DNA from: an uncultured Actinomycetes bacterium
Lineage (GTDB): Bacteria > Actinomycetota > Thermoleophilia > UBA2241
Direction of reading: 5' to 3'
Length of the DNA: 64,000 bases
Assembly (NCBI GenBank): GCA_963845355.1
Contig: CAWJRV010000038.1
Coordinates: forward strand, 13,590 to 77,589
Below are positions 60,723 to 64,000 of the stretch, piece by piece. Numbering within the stretch: position 1 is the first letter of the stretch; each line of letters starts with the position of its first letter. A program made the translations under genes and the position numbers. The notes beneath the pieces were generated by a model. The model saw only the letters and a program-made list of their open reading frames with translations, made no database searches and was not told where the DNA came from.

Positions 60723-61580
60723 GTGGGGAGTGCCTTTCGCGAGGTCGACGTCGCGCTCATCACCGACGCCGTGCGCGCGATGTGTATCGAGGCCAATTAC
60801 GACCTGCCCGACGACGTCTGCGAGGCGCTCCAGCGGGGTGCACGCGACGAGCAGTCGCCGGCGGGCAAGGCGGTCTTCGCCCAGCTCACGGAGAACGCCG
60901 CCATCGCCCGGCGCGACCGCGTGCCGATCTGCCAGGACACCGGCTTTGCCGTGTTCTTCGTCGAGCTTGGCCAGGACGTGCACCTTGTCGGGGGTTCGTT
61001 CGAGGACGCGGTCAACGAGGGCGTGCGACGCGGCTACGGCGACGGCTTCCTGCGCAAGTCGATCGCCGAACAGCCGGCCCAGGCGCGCAGGAACACCACC
61101 GACAACACGCCCGCGGTGCTGCACACCAGCATCGTTGCCGGCGACAGGGTCGAGATCTGGATGATGGCCAAGGGCGGCGGCGCCGAGAACATGTCGTCGC
61201 TCAACATGCTCAAGCCCTCGCAGGGCTGGCCCGGCATGGTGCAGGCGGTTCTCGACACCGTCTCGCGGGCGGGCTCCAACCCCTGCCCGCCGATCATCCT
61301 CGGTGTGGGCATCGGCGGCACCATCGACATGGTGACCGTGCTGGCCAAGAAAGCCCTGCTGCGCGACGTCGGCTCCGCGCACCCGGACGCGCGCCTGGCC
61401 GCCATGGAGACCGAGCTGCTCGACAAGGTCAACGCGCTCGGCATAGGCCCGCAGGGGCTGGGCGGCACGCAGACCTGCCTCGCGGTCTTCATCGAGGAGA
61501 TGCCCTGCCACATCGCCAGCATGCCGCTGGCCGTCAACGTGCAGTGTCACGCCCAGCGCCACCGTCATGTGGCGCTCTAG
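60723..61580 (+). CDS. class I fumarate hydratase / Fe-S hydro-lyase, alpha (N-terminal type) subunit
   Basis: GTG start. ...RDRVPICQDTGFAVFFVELGQDV...MMAKGGGAENMS...PPIILGVGIGGT... Confidence 0.9.
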   Translation: MGSAFREVDVALITDAVRAMCIEANYDLPDDVCEALQRGARDEQSPAGKAVFAQLTENAAIARRDRVPICQDTGFAVFFVELGQDVHLVGGSFEDAVNEGVRRGYGDGFLRKSIAEQPAQARRNTTDNTPAVLHTSIVAGDRVEIWMMAKGGGAENMSSLNMLKPSQGWPGMVQAVLDTVSRAGSNPCPPIILGVGIGGTIDMVTVLAKKALLRDVGSAHPDARLAAMETELLDKVNALGIGPQGLGGTQTCLAVFIEEMPCHIASMPLAVNVQCHAQRHRHVAL

Positions 61581-61594
61581 GCAAGGGGGACGAG

Positions 61595-62152
61595 ATGGCG
61601 GTCAAGCAGATCACGACGCCCCTCTCAGACGAGGTCGTGCGCAGCCTGCGGGCCGGCGACGAGGTGGCCATCACGGGGGTTGTCTACCAGGCTCGCGACG
61701 CCGCCCACAAGCGGCTCGTGGCGTTGCTCGACGCGGGTCAGCCTCTGCCGTTCGAGCTGCAGGGCGCCGTCGTCTACTACATGGGGCCGTCGCCGGCCAA
61801 GCCGGGCAAGGTCATCGGCTCGGCCGGACCCACCACGTCCGGTCGCATGGACGCCTACGCACCACGGCTCATGCGGCATGGGCTCAAAGGCATGATCGGC
61901 AAGGGGCTGCGCAGCGCCGAGGTAAAAGAGACCATGGTCGACACGACGGCGGTCTACTTCGCCGCCACCGGCGGCGCTGGGGCGCTGCTTGCCCAGCGCA
62001 TCGTCGGCAACGAGGTGATCGCTTACCCTGAGCTCGGCGCCGAGGCGATCGCCCGGCTCGATGTCGTCGATTTTCCGGCGATCGTCGTGAACGACTGCTA
62101 CGGCGCCGACCTGTATGAAGAGGGACGCGCGAAGTACGCGCGCCAGACGTAG
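61595..62152 (+). CDS. class I fumarate hydratase / Fe-S hydro-lyase, beta (C-terminal type) subunit
   Basis: ATG after AAGGGGGA. ...GDEVAITGVVYQARDAAHKRL...GPTTSGRMDAY...GLKGMIGKG... Confidence 0.9.
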   Translation: MAVKQITTPLSDEVVRSLRAGDEVAITGVVYQARDAAHKRLVALLDAGQPLPFELQGAVVYYMGPSPAKPGKVIGSAGPTTSGRMDAYAPRLMRHGLKGMIGKGLRSAEVKETMVDTTAVYFAATGGAGALLAQRIVGNEVIAYPELGAEAIARLDVVDFPAIVVNDCYGADLYEEGRAKYARQT

Positions 62153-62189
62153 GCGGCAGGCTGATCCGCGCCGGCCGGGTCGTCGGCGA

Positions 62190-62879
62190 CTACTCCGCGC
62201 TCGCCGGGTCGTCGGCGTCGCTCTCCCGTTGGGCGCGCACCATGTCGGCAAGGAGCGCAAAGACCGCGTCGCGGTCGACTCCGTCGGGATCGACCGCGAC
62301 CTGCAGCGAGAGCCCGTCGATGACCGCGATGATCAGGCTGGCCAGCGTCTCGAGGCGTGCGGCGCGGGTCGCTTCGTCTGGCCGCAGTCCCGTGACTTCG
62401 AGCGTGCTGGCGCGCGCCATGTCGTAGTCGTCGGCGAGCTTCTCGCGCACGACCGGGTCGCGAAACCCGTGGGCGGCGAGCTCGACGAGTCCCACCGCCA
62501 CGAGCGGGTCGGCGATCAGGTCGCCCAGCCCGCTGATGTAGGCGTGCAGGCGCTCGTCGAGCGGCTCGACGTGCCTCACCCGCTCGACGAGGGCCTCCCA
62601 GGGCTCGATCTGCAGACGATCCCAGACGGCGTGGAGCAAGCCGGCCTTGCTGGCGAAGAGGCGGCGCACGGTGGCGGGGGCGACGTTCGCTTCGAGCGCG
62701 ACGTTCTCGATGGTGAGCGCGTCGAAGCCACGCTCGATCAGAAGCTGCCGGGCAACGTTGACGATGTGCAGTGCGGTCGGCGACAGATCGTTCAGCCACT
62801 GGTCGGGCGGCCCCTGGGGGTGCGAGTAGCGTCGCGGGCGACCAGGGCGTGCGGGGCGTGGCGCTTTGTCAGGACTCAC
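62190..62879 (-). CDS. TetR family transcriptional regulator
   Basis: HTH is IVNVARQLLIERGFDALTIENVALEANVAPATVRRLFASKAGLL. 229 aa. Confidence 0.85.
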   Translation of the reverse strand: MSPDKAPRPARPGRPRRYSHPQGPPDQWLNDLSPTALHIVNVARQLLIERGFDALTIENVALEANVAPATVRRLFASKAGLLHAVWDRLQIEPWEALVERVRHVEPLDERLHAYISGLGDLIADPLVAVGLVELAAHGFRDPVVREKLADDYDMARASTLEVTGLRPDEATRAARLETLASLIIAVIDGLSLQVAVDPDGVDRDAVFALLADMVRAQRESDADDPASAE

Positions 62880-63014
62880 GGCTACTCACGCGTCACGCGC
62901 CTCCGGCATTTCATGGCCTTGACAGATGCCCCCGGCACTCTAGCGTCGCCAGTGTAGCGCACAAGCCGCGGCGCGGCTGGGGCGGCCACGCTGTTTCCGA
63001 GCAGGGGGTGGGTC

Positions 63015-64000
63015 ATGAAGAAGAAGGTCCGTCTGTCACGGGTCGGTGTGGTGCTCGTGCTCACGGCGATGCTGGCTGCCGGTGTCGTGTGGGGCGTGGT
63101 CTCCGCTCTGGCGTCGAGCACGGCGCCGTCGCCTGCTGCCGGCACGATCACCCTGCACGTGGGCTGGACGGCCGAGCCCGACAACCTGAACCCGTTCATC
63201 GGCTACGAGTCGTCGGCGCTCGAGATCTTCCACCTGAACTACGACTTCCTGGTCGGCTTTCGGGCGAGCGACCTGCAGCCCGTGCCCGAGCTGGCCACAA
63301 GCTGGTCGCACTCGCCCGACGGCAAGACCTGGACGTTCGACCTGCGCCACGGCGTCACCTGGCAGGACGGCGTGCCGTTCACGGCCAAAGATGTGGTCTT
63401 CACGTTCGACTACATCATCAAGAACCAGATGACGAACTTCACGACCTATACGGACTTCATCAAGGACGTGGTCGCGGTCAACGACTACACCGTCCGGTTC
63501 GACTGCACGAAGCCCAAGTCCAACATGCTCGGCATGGTCGTCTACATCCTGCCGGCACACATCTGGTCGAAGATCCCGCCCAAGGCGGCGGCCAACAGCT
63601 TTGCCAACAGTGCGCCGATCGTCGGCACCGGGCCCTTTCAGACCGTCCAGTGGGTCAAGGGCAACTACGTGCGCATGGTCGCCAACAAGCACTACTGGCG
63701 GGGCGCTCCCAGGATCGACCAGATCATCTTCCAGTTCTACTCGAACGCCGACACGATGGCCTCCGACCTCAAGTCCGGCGCGCTGCAGCTCGCCTGGGAC
63801 ATACCGCAGGCGCAGTTCTCGAGCTTGAACGGGACGAACGGCCTGACCGCGATCGGCGGCGTGCTGAACGGCTTCGACGAGCTGGGCTTCAACTGTTACT
63901 CAGGGCCGACATCGCTCGGCAACCACGTGCTCACGGACTGGCGCTTTCGCCAGGCCCTGCAATACGCGGTCGACAGGAACAAGATCGTGCAGATCGGCTA
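63015..64000 (+). CDS. ABC transporter substrate-binding protein, family 5 (peptide/nickel type), 5' part; continues beyond the window
   Basis: Own translation from ATG 63015: MKKKVRLSRVGVVLVLTAMLAAGVVWG...TLHVGWTAEPDNLNPFIGYESSALEIFHLNYDFLVGF...WQDGVPFTAKDVVFTFDYI...GTGPFQ... The frame is open to position 64000. Confidence 0.85.
   Translation, partial: MKKKVRLSRVGVVLVLTAMLAAGVVWGVVSALASSTAPSPAAGTITLHVGWTAEPDNLNPFIGYESSALEIFHLNYDFLVGFRASDLQPVPELATSWSHSPDGKTWTFDLRHGVTWQDGVPFTAKDVVFTFDYIIKNQMTNFTTYTDFIKDVVAVNDYTVRFDCTKPKSNMLGMVVYILPAHIWSKIPPKAAANSFANSAPIVGTGPFQTVQWVKGNYVRMVANKHYWRGAPRIDQIIFQFYSNADTMASDLKSGALQLAWDIPQAQFSSLNGTNGLTAIGGVLNGFDELGFNCYSGPTSLGNHVLTDWRFRQALQYAVDRNKIVQIG

Noticed and set aside
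53841-61568. Long ORFs 53841..54893(-), 54389..55780(-), 55144..56262(+), 59053..60546(+), 59258..60796(-), 60279..61568(-) and 60782..62152(+, upstream part).
   Set aside because: Each overlaps, in another frame or in antisense, a gene with clear family motifs (gamma-CA, YdeI, Sir2, malic enzyme, fumarase). Their composition is Arg/Gly/Pro-dominated.

Overview
The window is high-GC and its gene content looks like Actinomycetota (DUF4242, GAP family, DUF2510, SHOCT, an RsbW-type kinase with a sigma-70 factor, two-subunit class I fumarase). Everything below comes from reading the sequence and the ORF track by eye. RNA and repeat coordinates are good to about 5 nt, and no database or covariance search was run.

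**Layout**
- 1-37 kb is mostly chromosomal backbone. It is rich in secreted repeat proteins: three TTDGGxxW beta-propeller paralogs, RCC1 propellers, an IPT/TIG protein and lipoproteins. It also holds a small cluster of gene remnants at 24.9-28.0 kb.
- 37.4-52.1 kb is an accessory, decaying region.
- 52.1-64 kb is backbone again: VOC, gamma-CA, a sirtuin, two G1 peptidases, malic enzyme, the fumarase subunits, TetR and an SBP.

**Main observations in the accessory region**
1. A Moco/Tuco-type riboswitch that still looks intact sits in front of a molybdate/tungstate ABC operon. I count about 11 reading-frame switches in that operon.
2. A RES-Xre toxin-antitoxin pair.
3. A GEMM-I (c-di-GMP-I) riboswitch with its own intrinsic terminator lies in the leader of two tandem type IV pilin genes. 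No pilus assembly genes are nearby.
4. A tRNA-Glu(CUC) gene has its last 47 nt duplicated 7.4 kb away. The pair brackets an island with no integrase. Beside it is a 0.3-kb miniature element bounded by the same junction.
5. GGTTGCA iterons occur at exact 11-bp phasing, arranged like arm-type integrase sites.

**Other points**
- An in-frame TAG cuts the last Ig-like domain off a surface protein.
- A canonical C-X2-C-X12-H-X3-H zinc finger is fused to a DUF5317 membrane protein next to a sigma factor gene.
- An unexplained roughly 100-nt intergenic element is present in three copies.
- There are several short tandem repeats in promoter regions.

I did not recognise a complete, clearly novel multi-gene system such as a defence operon. 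The strongest candidates for something undescribed are the integrase-less tRNA-Glu accretion with its iteron arms and the riboswitch-gated orphan pilin pair. Many long ORFs in the track are antisense shadows typical of high-GC DNA and were not called.
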